Shown here: piece after piece, positions 1 through 12,784 of the stretch
How positions within the stretch are numbered: position 1 is the first letter of the stretch
How the letters are laid out: every line of letters starts with the position of its first letter
DNA from: Chloropicon primus
Taxonomy: Eukaryota
Direction of reading: 5' to 3'
DNA length: 64,000 nucleotides
Assembly (NCBI GenBank): GCA_023205875.1
Contig: CP060758.1
Span: 806,001 to 870,000 of the forward strand
Translations under genes and position numbers: made by a program
Notes under the pieces: generated by a model
The model's input: the letters and a program-made list of their open reading frames with translations, nothing else
Database searches by the model: none
What the model was told of the DNA's origin: nothing

Positions 1-218
1 TGGTGTGCGTGTGTCCAACCGCAAGACCAGACCTCCCACCGAGGAGATCTGCCCGTCCTTGCGTTGATAAATTAACCCCAAACGAAGCGTGAGACGAAGC
101 CTTCGCTTCTCACTTGACCTCACAAAATCAAGTTGAACCCTAATGCACCACCTTTTCGGCCTCACACTTCCCTTGGCTCCTCAACACGGAACGCAAACAA
201 GAGAACAAGTAAAGACAA

Positions 219-260
<42 letters not shown>

Positions 261-335
261 TAGGTTTTTTCTATATGGAAATTTCCTTGCTTGGCTTTGG
301 ATAAAGCGAATAAGTTTGTGGCTCTCAGCGTTTGG

Positions 336-672
336 TCCTGCTGCTGGTGGTGTTCTCGGGATTACTGTCGAGGGGCACCGTGTTCTTCCGAGACTACTGA
401 AGGAAGGGTTTGTCCTCCTCCTCCTGCTGCTGCTGGTGCTGCTGGTGGTGTTCTCGGGATTGCTGTCGAGGGGCACCGTGTTCTTCCGAGACTACTGAAG
501 GAAGGGTTTGTCCTCCTCCTCCTGCTGCTGGTGGTGCTGCTGGTGGTGTTCTCGGGATTGCTGTCGAGGAGCACCGTGTTCTTCCGAGACTACTGAAGGA
601 AGGGTTTGTCCTCCTCCTCCTCCTACTGCTGGTGGTGGTGGTGGTGGTGTTCTCGGGATTGCTGTCGAGGGG
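336..672. repeat. Tandem repeat, ~98-101 bp unit, ~3.4 copies
   Basis: GGTGGTGTTCTCGGGATT recurs at 346, 444, 542 and 643 with near-identical intervening sequence. Confidence 0.95.
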
Positions 673-706
673 ATTTCCCGGGAAGAGGAGGGACTTTGTT
701 GGAGTT

Positions 707-1492
707 ATGATGGCTTCCGCGACGCGGGGGTGTCCTCGGATGATGGCCGTGGGGAGGGCGGGGAGGATTGGGAGGAGAGGGATGGGGGCCCGCAGCGACG
801 TCGCGAGGGGGCCTCGCCCTCGCCTCCCTCCGTCTGCCTCGTCGTCGTCGTCCCCGGGGAGGAGGGGCCTCGCCTGCTTCGCGGGCGCGAGGGGTTCTAC
901 GAGCGCGGAAGCCAAGTCCAAGCTCTTCCTTGCCCTCGAGCCCTGCGACGTGTACCGCACGACGGGCGAGAAGGTGAAGCTGACAAGTCTGTGGACCCCG
1001 GACGAGCGAGTGATGGTGGCCTTCGGGAGGCACTTCGGATGACCTTTGTGCTGGGAGCTTGCGGTGCAGCTCAGGAGAGACGTTAAGCCTCGCTTGGACG
1101 AATCCGGCATCAAGCTCCTGATGGTCTCCATCGGATCCGCGGCGTCGGCGTCGGAGTTCGCGAAGGGGACCGAGTTTCCTGCCGAGAACTTGTTCGCAGA
1201 CGAAACGAACAACTGTTATGACGCCCTCTCTTTCTACTCTGGGCTGATGCGAACGTTTTTTGACAAGTCCTCCTTGAAGTCCATGCAGAAGAGGTTCTCC
1301 TCCGATGGCGCCGAGGACTTGAAGGGCGTCATGAAGGACTACAAGATGCTTCCGCCCAAGCAGAACACCCAAACGCTCATCCAGGGAGGGGTGATCTGCT
1401 TTGATGGAACCAGCGACGTCTTCTTTCATAGGGACGAGGGCACTGGGGCGCATGCCGACTTTGACAAGGCGATCGCAGCCCTCGGAGCCTGA
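707..1492 (+). CDS. Selenoprotein U / PRXL2 (AhpC-TSA_2)-like thioredoxin-fold protein with selenocysteine at in-frame TGA 1040-1042; probable transit peptide
   Basis: ORFs 410..1042 and 1046..1492 share a frame and read VAFGRHFG-TGA-PLCWE (UxxC); C-terminal IQGGVICF..H motif typical of the family; SECIS-like hairpin downstream. Confidence 0.85.
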
Positions 1493-1529
1493 GGCCCGGG
1501 TCGGGTCGTCCTCCTCGCCCGTGATGGGT

Positions 1530-1595
1530 TCCCCTTTCATCTCATGATGCTGCTGGCTGAAACGAGTTTGCCAGCGGTTGAAACCGCATGTTTTG
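1530..1595 (+). promoter_or_regulatory. SECIS-like element in 3' UTR
   Basis: ATGA at 1544-1547, helix GCTGCTGGC/GCCAGCGGT, apical AAA at ~1560, TGA at 1579-1581 completing the GA quartet. Confidence 0.75.
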
Positions 1596-1957
1596 TGAAG
1601 CAAGGAGAATTATGGCTATCAAGACTGTGGATGAAGTGCACCCCTTTCGACGAGGCTTGGACGACAACCAACCCAAAGCAAAACTTTTGATTTATATATA
1701 TGTACACACACACACACACACACACACAATTGCGCATCTCGGGGTCCCCTCGTCCCCTCGTCCCCTCGTCCCTCCAGACCTTCCTTCTCCCTCTCGAAAC
1801 CCCGAAAGGAAGATCTGGATAAGGAACAGAGCTCTTTGTCTCTCTGCTGATCTGTGGCCTCCATCGGAAGCGTCTTCCAGCCACTGAGGCGGGTTGGCGC
1901 GCGAGGGGCAGCCGCGTTGGACGACGCCGGACCACCTCCCTCCGTTCTCTTTGAAGT

Positions 1958-3294
1958 ATGCGAACAAGCTTGCTCAGTGGGCGAGGGGCACGACGACGAC
2001 TGGGGGGGTTGCCAAAGTGTTGTTGGATACCTATACCTTGTGGGAGGTGCTCGCGACGGCGGAAGCATCGGGGAGGGGTCGAAGGGGATGGCTTCGCGTT
2101 CGGGAGGGGTCTCGCCGCACCCCTCAGAGCCTCGGAGGTGCGTTCGGAGACGGGAAAGAATGCCTCGAGCGCCTCGGAAGAGGTGGAAGACGTCGGGCCT
2201 GCACAGAGGGGTAGCGTGGGAGGGTCAAGGCTGATGATGCTGACGGTTGCGGCTCTGTGGGGGTCCTACGTGCCGTGCCTCAAAGTATTGTACAACATGG
2301 ACGGGCCGCCAAGGTATGAGCAGCGCACTGCGTGAATCGCCTAGACGCAGGGCTTACTGACTGGAGCTTCTTCCTCTGTCCTTCTTTTTTTGGATGCTGC
2401 AGCATTGCAACGTACACGGCCGTTCACTTGGTCCTGTCGTGGGTTTTCTTGAAGGTGTGCCAGATCGGATTCTTTCAGATGACCGACGAGAGCTTTGAAG
2501 ACGACAAGGGGAAGTCTCCGTGGTGGGACGGGGCGGAGCTGGCCTTCTGGGACACGGCAGCCGCTTTGCTACAGACTTGGGGAGTCACCCTGACCAGCGC
2601 CGTTCACGCGGGGGTGATCATCTGCCTGGCAACCGGGTTTGTGCCCATCCTGTCGTGGGCGATCATCAACCAGAAGCCAAAAATGGGGGAGGTGGTTGGG
2701 TGCGCGGCCGCCCTGTTGGGCGCAGTCCTCCTGGCGCTGGACGGGACGTCTTTCTCTTCGGCGGGGGCCGTTTTCGCGAACGGGAGCTTCTTCGGAGACG
2801 CCCTGACGGCCCTGGCCGCTTCATTTTACGCAGTTACCATGGTGCGAATCCACCAGAAGACCCAGGGGGCGAAGAAGAGCTCGACCAGGCTGGCTGTGGA
2901 CAAGGTTTTCTACGCCGCCCTGCTTAGCGTACTGTGGGCCTCGGGGGAGTTTTGCTACTACAGCCTCTTCGGGGGAGGGGGAGGGGGGGCAGTGGCTTAC
3001 AGCATGTGGGAGAACTGGTTCAGTACAAAGCAGTGGCTGATAATACTGTTCATCAGCGTGGGGCCATCGGCACTGTCAAACGTCCTGCAGTTCAAGGCCC
3101 TGTCCAACCTCAAGCCCTCGGAGGGCCAAGTCATCCTGTCCACGGTGCCAATCTGGGCGATCCTTTTCTCCCTCTTTGTAGGTGGGCCCCTCGAAATGGG
3201 CGGAAAGGCGATGGCCGGCCTTGGCATGATCTGCTTCTCATTCGTGTCGCTGTTTGCGGCGGAGATCGCCGCTGGCAAGAAGAAAAAAAGTTAA
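1958..3294 (+). CDS. EamA/DMT-family membrane transporter, intron ~2314-2402
   Basis: Multiple TM helices; LWGS and GDALT motifs; GT..CAG intron joins ORFs 1958 and 2332 in frame. Confidence 0.75.
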
Positions 3295-3323
3295 AATATA
3301 TCAAATGGGAAAGGAAAAAACTT

Positions 3324-4952
3324 TTATCTGATCGGCTCCACATTTCTTGCCATGTTCATGAGCTTCTCCAGCACCTTGGGGCCGTTCTCCCTGATTCCGC
3401 TGTGCAGGTACTCGTTGGTGACGTATACCCTCAGCCCTTTAATCTTCTGGGCGGTTTCCAACGACAGGTTCAGATCCACATACATGTCCTCAAAATAGAC
3501 GGCAGCGGCTGCCCTGACCTCGTTCCGCAGGAGCTGCCCCTCGTCGTACAGGGGGGGCCAATCAGACTTCATGGCAAGGATCTCGCTGGCCTCTTGGAGC
3601 GGCCTCAGTTGCTTGACCTCGTCGAACATGAAAGGGAAGACCATCTCCCCCGTAAAAAACACGGGCTCATCATTCGCGATGGCCCAGCTCGCATCAAAAT
3701 TTCGGCACTCGTTCACCTCGTACTCTTTCCTCACGCTCTCGGCCGCCCAGCCACTCGGTCCCCCTTCGCTGCAATAGATGGACTCGTGCAGGATGGCGTA
3801 AATGACGTTCGTGTCTATCGAGATCAAGCTGTCGTAATCCCTAAGGAACTTGTAAGACAGCTCGCCCGTCACCTCGAAGGGGTCCTCGAACATGAAGTGG
3901 ATGCTCTCGAGGCACTGCGCCGATCCGAACCTTATCCCGATGGACTGCAGGGACTTCGCGGAAAGAATGTTGCCGGCGGGCGTCTCCACGGACCTCTTCT
4001 TGAGCAGGTAGGAGAAGACCTGCCTGATCTTCTCCACGTCCTGAGGGAACCTCGAGTAATACTTTTTGTTCTGGGTCTCGACGCGCTTGAACAGGTGGGT
4101 GTAGACCTTGTGAGCGGTGCACCCCTTGTCCGTCGGCGGCAGTCCTCCCATGATGAAAGACTCCCTGAGGGACGAGGGAAACATGGAGAGGTACGTGACG
4201 GTGCAGAACCCGCCGAAGGACTGTCCTATGGTGCTCCACTGCTTCTGCCCCAGGCACTGCCTGATGGCCTCGGCGTCCCTCACGATGTTGTCCGCACGAT
4301 GCAGCGCGAGGAGGGCCGCCTGGTCGTGGGCAGAGTCCAGGAGCGCGAGGGAGGCCGTCGTCAGGGCCGTGCTCCTCCCCGTCCCGCGCTGGTCCAGGAG
4401 CAACACCCTGAAGGACTCGCAGGCTTTGTCCATCCAGCCTCCGGAGTCCAGCGGCCTCGGCGATTCGAACCCCGGCCCCCCCTGCAAGTAGATCAGGTAC
4501 GGCAGGGAGTCGCTCGGCCTTCGGGACGAGGACACCTCCCGGGCAAACACAACGATCTTCTTCTTCCCCTCCTCCTCCCCCCCAGCAGCGGCGTTCTTCT
4601 CGTCGTCGTAATCCAGGGGAACTTCGAAGAACAGCTCCCTCATGTGCAGGCCGTTCACCACGTCGGTGCACCCCAACCAGTGCCTGATCCGGCCGAACGA
4701 GGTCTCCGCCACGGTCGCCGTGGACGCGCCGGTCGCCGTGGACGCGCTCGCCCCGGCCGCTCGCATGGCAAGGCTGATGGCGTAGGTTGGCCTCGAGGGT
4801 GGATCGACGCGACAGCGGCGCGAGAAAGCGGCTGAGCCTTTGCAGGTGTGGTGCCTTGCGCGATACCTGGTGGATCGATCCACTGCAGCTGCTTGGCGTC
4901 GTCCACTGAACGCTCCTGCCCGCGCGACCGTCCGAGACCACACCGCCACCAT
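3324..4952 (-). CDS. PIP: Proline iminopeptidase (alpha/beta hydrolase S33)
   Basis: YLQGGPGFESP, LLDQRGTGRS, GQSFGG nucleophile elbow, DMYVD, EYLHSGIR. Confidence 0.9.
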   Translation of the reverse strand: MVAVWSRTVARAGAFSGRRQAAAVDRSTRYRARHHTCKGSAAFSRRCRVDPPSRPTYAISLAMRAAGASASTATGASTATVAETSFGRIRHWLGCTDVVNGLHMRELFFEVPLDYDDEKNAAAGGEEEGKKKIVVFAREVSSSRRPSDSLPYLIYLQGGPGFESPRPLDSGGWMDKACESFRVLLLDQRGTGRSTALTTASLALLDSAHDQAALLALHRADNIVRDAEAIRQCLGQKQWSTIGQSFGGFCTVTYLSMFPSSLRESFIMGGLPPTDKGCTAHKVYTHLFKRVETQNKKYYSRFPQDVEKIRQVFSYLLKKRSVETPAGNILSAKSLQSIGIRFGSAQCLESIHFMFEDPFEVTGELSYKFLRDYDSLISIDTNVIYAILHESIYCSEGGPSGWAAESVRKEYEVNECRNFDASWAIANDEPVFFTGEMVFPFMFDEVKQLRPLQEASEILAMKSDWPPLYDEGQLLRNEVRAAAAVYFEDMYVDLNLSLETAQKIKGLRVYVTNEYLHSGIRENGPKVLEKLMNMARNVEPIR

Positions 4953-6042
4953 TCCAGCAAAGGAAAGGCGAGGAGTGATCACCCAGCAGCGAAGGCTCTC
5001 TCCCCTTCGAGAGAGAGATGGAGGAGGGGAGAGAACGGAGGAGACAATAAAGATAATGGGCAAGAGGAGGTGTGTGTGGAGAGAGAGAGTCCGTATTGGG
5101 CGGGTTGGAGGAATTCGGCTCCATTGGGCACCTCCTCCTCCTCCTCCTCCTCCTGCTGCTGCTGCTTCAAGAGGACACTGTGGACCTTGGAGCCAAGACA
5201 CACGCGCAGCCAGGGTGCGTTACGCGCCCGGGCATTGGATGGGGGTTCGAGCGGGGGAGGGATGGTGCGTGCGTGGTCAGGGCCCCTCGAAAGTCTGCTG
5301 GCCGAGCCGATCCTAGAGAGAGAGAGAGAGAGAGAGAACGAGCATCCTTGCGTGTTGCGTCTGCGTCTTCTCGACGAGGAGGGAGGGAGGAGGACACGAT
5401 CCACAGAGAGGCAGGCACTAATTGTTTTTTTCCTTCTTCGAGGGAGGCCACCAAAACAAATCGAAGGCCAAGATCGCAACCTTGCGAGCGCGCAAGGAAC
5501 GAGACGACAGACAGAACCGCAGCGCCCCCCTCCCTCCCTCAACCCAAAGATAAGACAAGATAAGAATAAGATAAAGTTTCTCTCACGGTTGCACGGTTGT
5601 CCTCACTCACCGGGGGGTTGTAGCGCGGCACAAGAGAAGAAGCAAAGGTCAAGGTCCTCCGCTCTCCTCCTCTCCCCTCTCTTGTGGGGCTCGAAAATCT
5701 GGGCCGCGCCGGTCGAGTAGAACGGCCCACATTAAACCTGCCCAGAAAAGGGCACCCATGGGGAGACTGGAATCGCGAGAATCGCTCCGTTTTTGTGGGA
5801 GGAGGGGCGGGCGACTTGTAACGGCCGCGTGCGTCAGGTCAGTGATGGCAAGGACGAGGGCGGCCACGAGGTGCGAGAGAAGGAGTCGTGAGCTTGTGAC
5901 CGAGGAGGGAGACCGCGTTGTCAAGGGGAGCAGGGGGATCGCGCGAGGGCGGCGAGTCAAAGGAGTGGCCCGCCCCAAACCCCGGGGTGGTGGTGTGGTG
6001 GTTTGCAAGAAGAAGCGGAGTGACACGACGACGACGAGGGGG

Positions 6043-6285
6043 ATGGTACGGGGAAGCGTCGCGCAAAGGTACGGCCTGTTACTGGGGTGCGTGGTGGTGG
6101 TCCTGGCCCTCGCGCTCGGAGTCGCGCTGGCGACGACCGAGGAGGAGTTCGTCCTGTTGCAAAGGAGGCTGGTGCAGGAGCCCTCCGCCCCACGGACGGG
6201 CTTGTTCAGGGTCCAGGAGGCTTTCCAGGGCAACAGCATCCTGGCGAACTACCTGTTCCAGCGGGCCAGGGAGAGCGAGGGCTAA
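6043..6285 (+). CDS. Small hypothetical protein with signal/TM segment (start uncertain, could be 5758)
   Basis: Hydrophobic stretch LLLGCVVVVLALALGVALA and host-like codon usage; no family recognised. Confidence 0.4.
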   Translation: MVRGSVAQRYGLLLGCVVVVLALALGVALATTEEEFVLLQRRLVQEPSAPRTGLFRVQEAFQGNSILANYLFQRARESEG

Positions 6286-6443
6286 GGGGGGAGACTGCAC
6301 CCCCAAACAACTATCTGTGTCATGCATGCGACGTGTTTTTTGTTTTTGTTTCTTCTTCTTCTTCGTGTGAACCAGCACAAAAGAGCAAGTAATATTGTTA
6401 ATAGTTTGATTTCGATTGATTGGACGATTCACGGCCGTTCTCC

Positions 6444-7820
<1,377 letters not shown>

Positions 7821-8044
7821 CTATCTATCCCTTCCTCTAAAAAAAAAACTCCACCGGGCCAACGAGCCAAGCCAGCACCAACCACACAACACGGACGCGC
7901 GCAAGCACAATCGCAGGCACTACCTAAAAGCCAATAAAACTAAATAACACAACACCGAGCGCCGAGCGATCACTCCACCCTCTCTCTCTCTCTTCCCCCT
8001 CTATCTTTCCTCTATCTTGGTCCCCGTCCGCGCGAAAAAAAGCG

Positions 8045-8053
8045 AAACCCTAA
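8045..8053 (+). promoter_or_regulatory. Telo-box (AAACCCTAA) with nearby GGCCC site-II-like motifs in the MAP2/MOT2 divergent promoter
   Basis: Exact AAACCCTAA at 8045-8053; GGCCC at ~8059 and ~8074. Confidence 0.4.
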
Positions 8054-8538
8054 AAAAAGGCCCGGCGGCTCCCGGCCCAAGACGGGAAAATGTACACAAA
8101 TGAATCGCCCTCCGCAGTTCGGGGGGAAGTCGATTCCATGGAAGGCGTTACTTTTTCATGGGATCCGAATACCCTCTACTGGGATCCGAATCCCACGATC
8201 GATCGGTGGAGAGAGGATGGAGCACAGAGGGGCCGCCCGAGCGAGATCGATCTTGATCAAGAGCAGCGTCATCGCTTGCTCGCTAGGGAGGAGGACGCGA
8301 GCCCTTGTGGTCGAGAGATTGGTTCGAGGGCCCGACGGGTGACTTGGTGCGTGGGAAGAGGGAAACACTGAGGGTTCAGCGTTCGTCGTCGTCGTCTCCG
8401 TCGTCGTCGCTGGGGTTGCCTTGGGACTCCAACTAGGGGGCGCGTGCGTGAGGCTCGCTCGCCTTCCATTTGAATTGAATTGAATTGAATTGAATTGAAT
8501 TGGTGACTTGCTTGGGGCTCAGGGGAAGAAGAAGGGCT

Positions 8539-9933
8539 ATGGATCTCTATTACATTTTCCTGTTCGTGGCCATGGCGGCGGGGTGCGCCTACCTGGAGGT
8601 GAACAAGAAGAAGTCCTCGGCGTCGTCCTCGGCGTCGTCCTCCTCCTCGGCGTCGTCCTCGGCGTTCCAGAGGTTCAAGAACAACTACTTGGTGGTGTAC
8701 TCCCTCATGATGGCGGGGGATTGGCTCCAGGGGCCGTACGTGTACGCCCTGTACCAGTCGTACGGCTACGACAGGGGGGACATCGGCAAGCTCTTCATCG
8801 CGGGATTCGGGAGCTCGCTGGTCTTCGGGACCATTGCGGGGACCCTGGTGGACAAGTACGGGAGGAGGTTCGGCGCGATGACGTACGTGCTCACGTACGC
8901 CCTCAGCTGCGTGACCAAGCACTGGAGCAACTACGGGGTCCTCATGATCGGAAGGCTCCTCGGGGGCATCGCCACCTCGCTGCTGTTCTCGACCTTCGAG
9001 TCCTGGCTCGTCGGTGAGCACTTCAAGAGGGGCTACGAGGACACCTGGCTGTCCGAGATCTTCTCCAAGGCCGTGTTCCTTGGCAACGGGCTGACCGCGA
9101 TCGCCAGCGGGCTCATCGGCAACATGCTGGTGAACTCCTTCTCCGAGGGGAAGGTGGCGCCCTTCGACGCGGCCATCGTCGTGCTCATGATCGGAGGGGG
9201 AATCATCGTGTGCACCTGGGCGGAGAACTACGGGGACAGCCAGGGCAAGAGGACCGCCCTGGAGAGCTTCAAGCAGGCGCTGAAGGCGGTCCAGAGCGAC
9301 AGGAAGGTCGCGCTCCTGGGGGCGATCCAACCCCTGTTCGAGGCCTCGATGTACACCTTCGTCTTCATGTGGACGCCGGCCATCTCGCCCAACGACGAGC
9401 CCATCCCCCACGGAGTCATCTTCGCCATCTTCATGCTGGCCTCCATGGTCGGGTCCAGCATCGCCGGCAAGCTCATGGGAGAGGGCAACGTTCCGGTGGA
9501 GTCCTACATGCAGTACGTCTTCGTGGCCGCCGCGATCAGCCTCTTCGTGCCCAGCATCATCTCCCACACCTCCTTGAGCGAGAACGCCGCCGACCACCAA
9601 GGCCACCTTTCCTTCACGGGGCAGCTGGAGATCTTCGCCTTCTGCGTCTTCGAGGCCTGCGTGGGGCTGTTCTGGCCTTCTGTGATGAAGATGAGGAGCG
9701 ATTACGTGCCCGAGGAGACCAGGGCCACCATCATCAACATCTTCAGGATTCCCCTCAACCTGTTCGTCTGCATCGTGCTGTACAACGTGAGCTTGTTCTC
9801 CGTGGCCACCTACTTGGGAATGTGCTCCGTTTTCCTCATGCTGGCCGCGTACTGTCAGCTGACGCTCCACAAGATCGTCAAGGCGGAGAAGGGAGGTTAC
9901 ACGTACGACGAGGTCAAGAACGACAACGTATAA
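8539..9933 (+). CDS. Molybdate-anion transporter MOT2/MFSD5 family (MFS)
   Basis: YLVVYSLMMAGDWLQGPYVYALY, FESWLV, FEASMYTFVFMWTP, FRIPLN. Confidence 0.9.
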   Translation: MDLYYIFLFVAMAAGCAYLEVNKKKSSASSSASSSSSASSSAFQRFKNNYLVVYSLMMAGDWLQGPYVYALYQSYGYDRGDIGKLFIAGFGSSLVFGTIAGTLVDKYGRRFGAMTYVLTYALSCVTKHWSNYGVLMIGRLLGGIATSLLFSTFESWLVGEHFKRGYEDTWLSEIFSKAVFLGNGLTAIASGLIGNMLVNSFSEGKVAPFDAAIVVLMIGGGIIVCTWAENYGDSQGKRTALESFKQALKAVQSDRKVALLGAIQPLFEASMYTFVFMWTPAISPNDEPIPHGVIFAIFMLASMVGSSIAGKLMGEGNVPVESYMQYVFVAAAISLFVPSIISHTSLSENAADHQGHLSFTGQLEIFAFCVFEACVGLFWPSVMKMRSDYVPEETRATIINIFRIPLNLFVCIVLYNVSLFSVATYLGMCSVFLMLAAYCQLTLHKIVKAEKGGYTYDEVKNDNV

Positions 9934-10149
9934 CGCAACCTCTCTTTCCTGCGATCGATCGATTGGTGATGTCTCTTGTATTTAATTCATTATAATATCC
10001 ATAATGCTGCCAGCGTCCGGCGACGCCCGCCGACTGAAACTATTTATTCAATTCACACAAGGTTTGCCAAAACGTCCTTGAGTCCTCCACCACCACCATG
10101 GCCCGCCCCAGATCAGATCAATTTCATTCTCGACGAGAGGAAGGACGAG

Positions 10150-11200
10150 GATGGCGCTGAAGTCCTTTGCGAGACGGATCCAAGAGAGGTAAGCGGGAGG
10201 GGGAGGGGGAGGGCGATGAATACTCCGTACGAAGTCAGCGTCGAAGGTCATTCGCCACTCTCGCTTTCTTTTCTCCCCCGGGCTAACCTCCTGTAACACA
10301 TCTCTTTCCCTTTCCTCCAACTCGAAACTGGTGTGGCACACGAACGTGTGGTGACTCGCCCTCGCGCAGGTTCGAGGACGCGCAGCTCGTGGGTCGGAAG
10401 CGGGAGGAGGAGGCCGAGAAGAGCGAGAGCGTCGTGGGGTACATCGCTCTGTGCGAGGACAAGTGGCGACTTTTGACAACACAAGCCTTCAACAATATTG
10501 GTTTGTTGAACAACATACATGGCCTTGTGCAACGCTTGTATACTTACTGTAGCAATACGAACGAGAGCTGGAAGGAGAGCGACAAGGTGAGGAGCCGAGA
10601 GACGGGCGCGATGAATCGGTGGAACGAGAAGAGGGACAGCACAGCTCAGTCGATCCCCGCGAACGGACGTGTGTTTGCCAGGGTAGCATCTGTGGAGAGA
10701 GAGAGAGAGGCTGTTGGAGTGTGAACGAAGCACGTCACCAGACCAGCTTGCTGACTAATCGCCACGTCTCCTTGCCTTTGGCTCCCTCTGCGCAGGAGTT
10801 GGGGAGCTTGAAGGATCTCGAAGACTCAATAAGATCGCTGTCCAAAGCCGTCGGGGTGACGATAGACACGGCTCGGAGGGTGGAGGAGTCCGTCGTGGGA
10901 GCGATGGAGCGGAAGAACGAGAGGGACTTGAAATCCATGAAAGCTAAAACAGAGGAAGTGCTGAAGGTGAAGGAGGTTGAATTTCACAGGAACGTGAATC
11001 GGCTGAAGCAGCAGCACGAATCCTTTGCTCAGGAAGTTGCCCAGAGTCAGAACTCCTACAGCGCCATGCAGCAGGCTGCCGATGAGATCAGGGCAAAGCT
11101 CGCGGGCAGCACCAAGGAGGAACCAAAGTACAAGAGCTTGGGCGACGTTCAACTGGACATAAAGATAGATAAAAAGTTCAGAGTGAAAGACATTGAATGA
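10150..11200 (+). CDS. Three-exon coiled-coil protein, weakly dysbindin/BLOC-1-like
   Basis: Exons ~10150-10188, 10370-10586, 10796-11200 joined by GT..CAG introns; helical heptad composition; family resemblance is from memory only. Confidence 0.5.
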
Positions 11201-11282
11201 CGCTCCTCTGTCACATTTACATGAAGGGGACGGGAGCCCTCCCCCCACACTTTACACGATTTGTATTTTATTCCCAGTAGTT

Positions 11283-12647
11283 TTACTTTCTGCTCTTCCT
11301 GCTTTTGACGTACCTCAGACCCATCTCCGCCCGGTTCTCGTTCTCGTGGGTGTCGTCGTCATCCAGGTTCTTCGCAGACCGCTTCCTTCCCTTCCTCGAG
11401 TCCGTCTCTCTCATCTGCATTGACGCCAGCCTCGAGGCCTCGCTCACCCTCTCCTGAAGAACCAAGACCGCTTCCTCTTGCGACTCGAAGTTCTCCATCT
11501 TCTTTCCTATCAGGTGCTCGATCTTTTGGAACATCTCCACGTCGTACTGGGTGACGAGGGTGAGAGACCTCCCAGACCTCCCGGCCCTTGCCGTTCTGCC
11601 GACGCGGTGCACGTAATCCTTGGGATTCAAGGGGACATCAAAGTTGATGACCATGTCGACCGAGGGAATGTCCAAGCCTCGGCTTGCCACATCCGTCGCC
11701 ACCAGAATGTTTCTGTCACCCGACTTGAACTTGTTCAACGAACCAATTCTCTTCGACTGACTCATGTTACCGTGGATCGGTATGGAGGCAAAGCCCAAGT
11801 TCCTCAGCAAGAGCGCGTTCCTGCGAGCGCCGTCGCAAGTTCTGGTGAAGATGACAGCCGTGGATCCCGAGAGCTCCGTCAGGGCGTAGACCAGGTAGCA
11901 CTCCTTGAACTTGGCGGGTATGAAGAGGTACTGCTGCCTTAGCGTGTCCACGGTGCTGTACTTGCTGCAGATCTCCACCCTCACCGGGTTTTTCAGGCAA
12001 GCTCTCTGCAGCTTCTGCACTTTGCTCGTCATCGTCGCCGAGAACAGCTGCGTCCTGCGGTCCCTCGGTATCACCTTGAGGATCTGGTCGATCTCCTGCT
12101 CGAAGTCCATGTTCAAAAGCCGGTCGGCCTCGTCCAACACCAAGTGCTTCAACTTGTTCAGGTTAAAGCCCTTTGTGTTCGAAAGGTGGTCCACGACCCT
12201 TCCCGGCGTGCCCACAATGACGTGCGGCCTCCGGCCCAATGCGATGGACTGGGCCATCATGTCCACCCCTCCGACGAGAACCACGGACTTCAAGCCTATC
12301 GTAACCCCCAGGGCCTCGAACTGCTCCGCGATTTGGATGGCGAGCTCTCTCGTGGGGGACAGAACGAGGGCGAAGAAGGGCTGGGGCTTGTCGAGGAGCT
12401 CTTGGAGTATGGGTAGCGCGAAAGCGCCCGTCTTCCCGCTTCCAGTCTGAGCCAGACCAATCACGTCCTTGCCGTCTATCAACTGAGGAACTGCTTGGCG
12501 TTGGATGTCCGTAGGAGCCTTCCAGCCCAGGGCGAGGCACCCCTCGGCCAAGGCGTCCACGAGGCCGAGGTCCGTGAACGCCTTCTTAGCGTCCCCTTCC
12601 CCCGTCCCGGCCTGCCCGTTCGTCTCCTTCCGTTGCTCGGCACTCAT
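11283..12647 (-). CDS. RRP3: DEAD-box RNA helicase RRP3/DDX47 (RH10)
   Basis: [40 protein letters not shown]. Confidence 0.93.
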   Translation of the reverse strand: MSAEQRKETNGQAGTGEGDAKKAFTDLGLVDALAEGCLALGWKAPTDIQRQAVPQLIDGKDVIGLAQTGSGKTGAFALPILQELLDKPQPFFALVLSPTRELAIQIAEQFEALGVTIGLKSVVLVGGVDMMAQSIALGRRPHVIVGTPGRVVDHLSNTKGFNLNKLKHLVLDEADRLLNMDFEQEIDQILKVIPRDRRTQLFSATMTSKVQKLQRACLKNPVRVEICSKYSTVDTLRQQYLFIPAKFKECYLVYALTELSGSTAVIFTRTCDGARRNALLLRNLGFASIPIHGNMSQSKRIGSLNKFKSGDRNILVATDVASRGLDIPSVDMVINFDVPLNPKDYVHRVGRTARAGRSGRSLTLVTQYDVEMFQKIEHLIGKKMENFESQEEAVLVLQERVSEASRLASMQMRETDSRKGRKRSAKNLDDDDTHENENRAEMGLRYVKSRKSRK

Positions 12648-12760
12648 CTTCCCCCTCCCCCTCTCGTCGCTCTCCCGTCGCGCCGTCTTTCTTTTGCAGA
12701 CTTGACTTGGAGGGGAGGACCTGCCGAATCGCGAATTGCTGAAGGGAAATTGAAATTTGA

Positions 12761-12774
12761 AATTACGATTACAT
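12761..12774 (+). repeat. Left copy of 14-bp target-site duplication AATTACGATTACAT
   Basis: Identical to 16282-16295. Confidence 0.9.
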
Positions 12775-12784
12775 AGTACATCAG

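Noticed and set aside
336..672. CRISPR array or repeat-protein ORFs (133..498, 291..596, 362..574 etc.)
   Set aside because: Units are near-identical throughout with no unique spacers; the 98-bp period shifts frame, so the ORFs are artefacts.
1040..1042. Nonsense mutation / pseudogene
   Set aside because: The TGA sits at the redox Cys position and a SECIS-like hairpin follows; selenocysteine is the better explanation.
8159..8193. Short duplication TGGGATCCGAAT in the MAP2/MOT2 promoter
   Set aside because: Two copies of ~12 bp only; no support for function.
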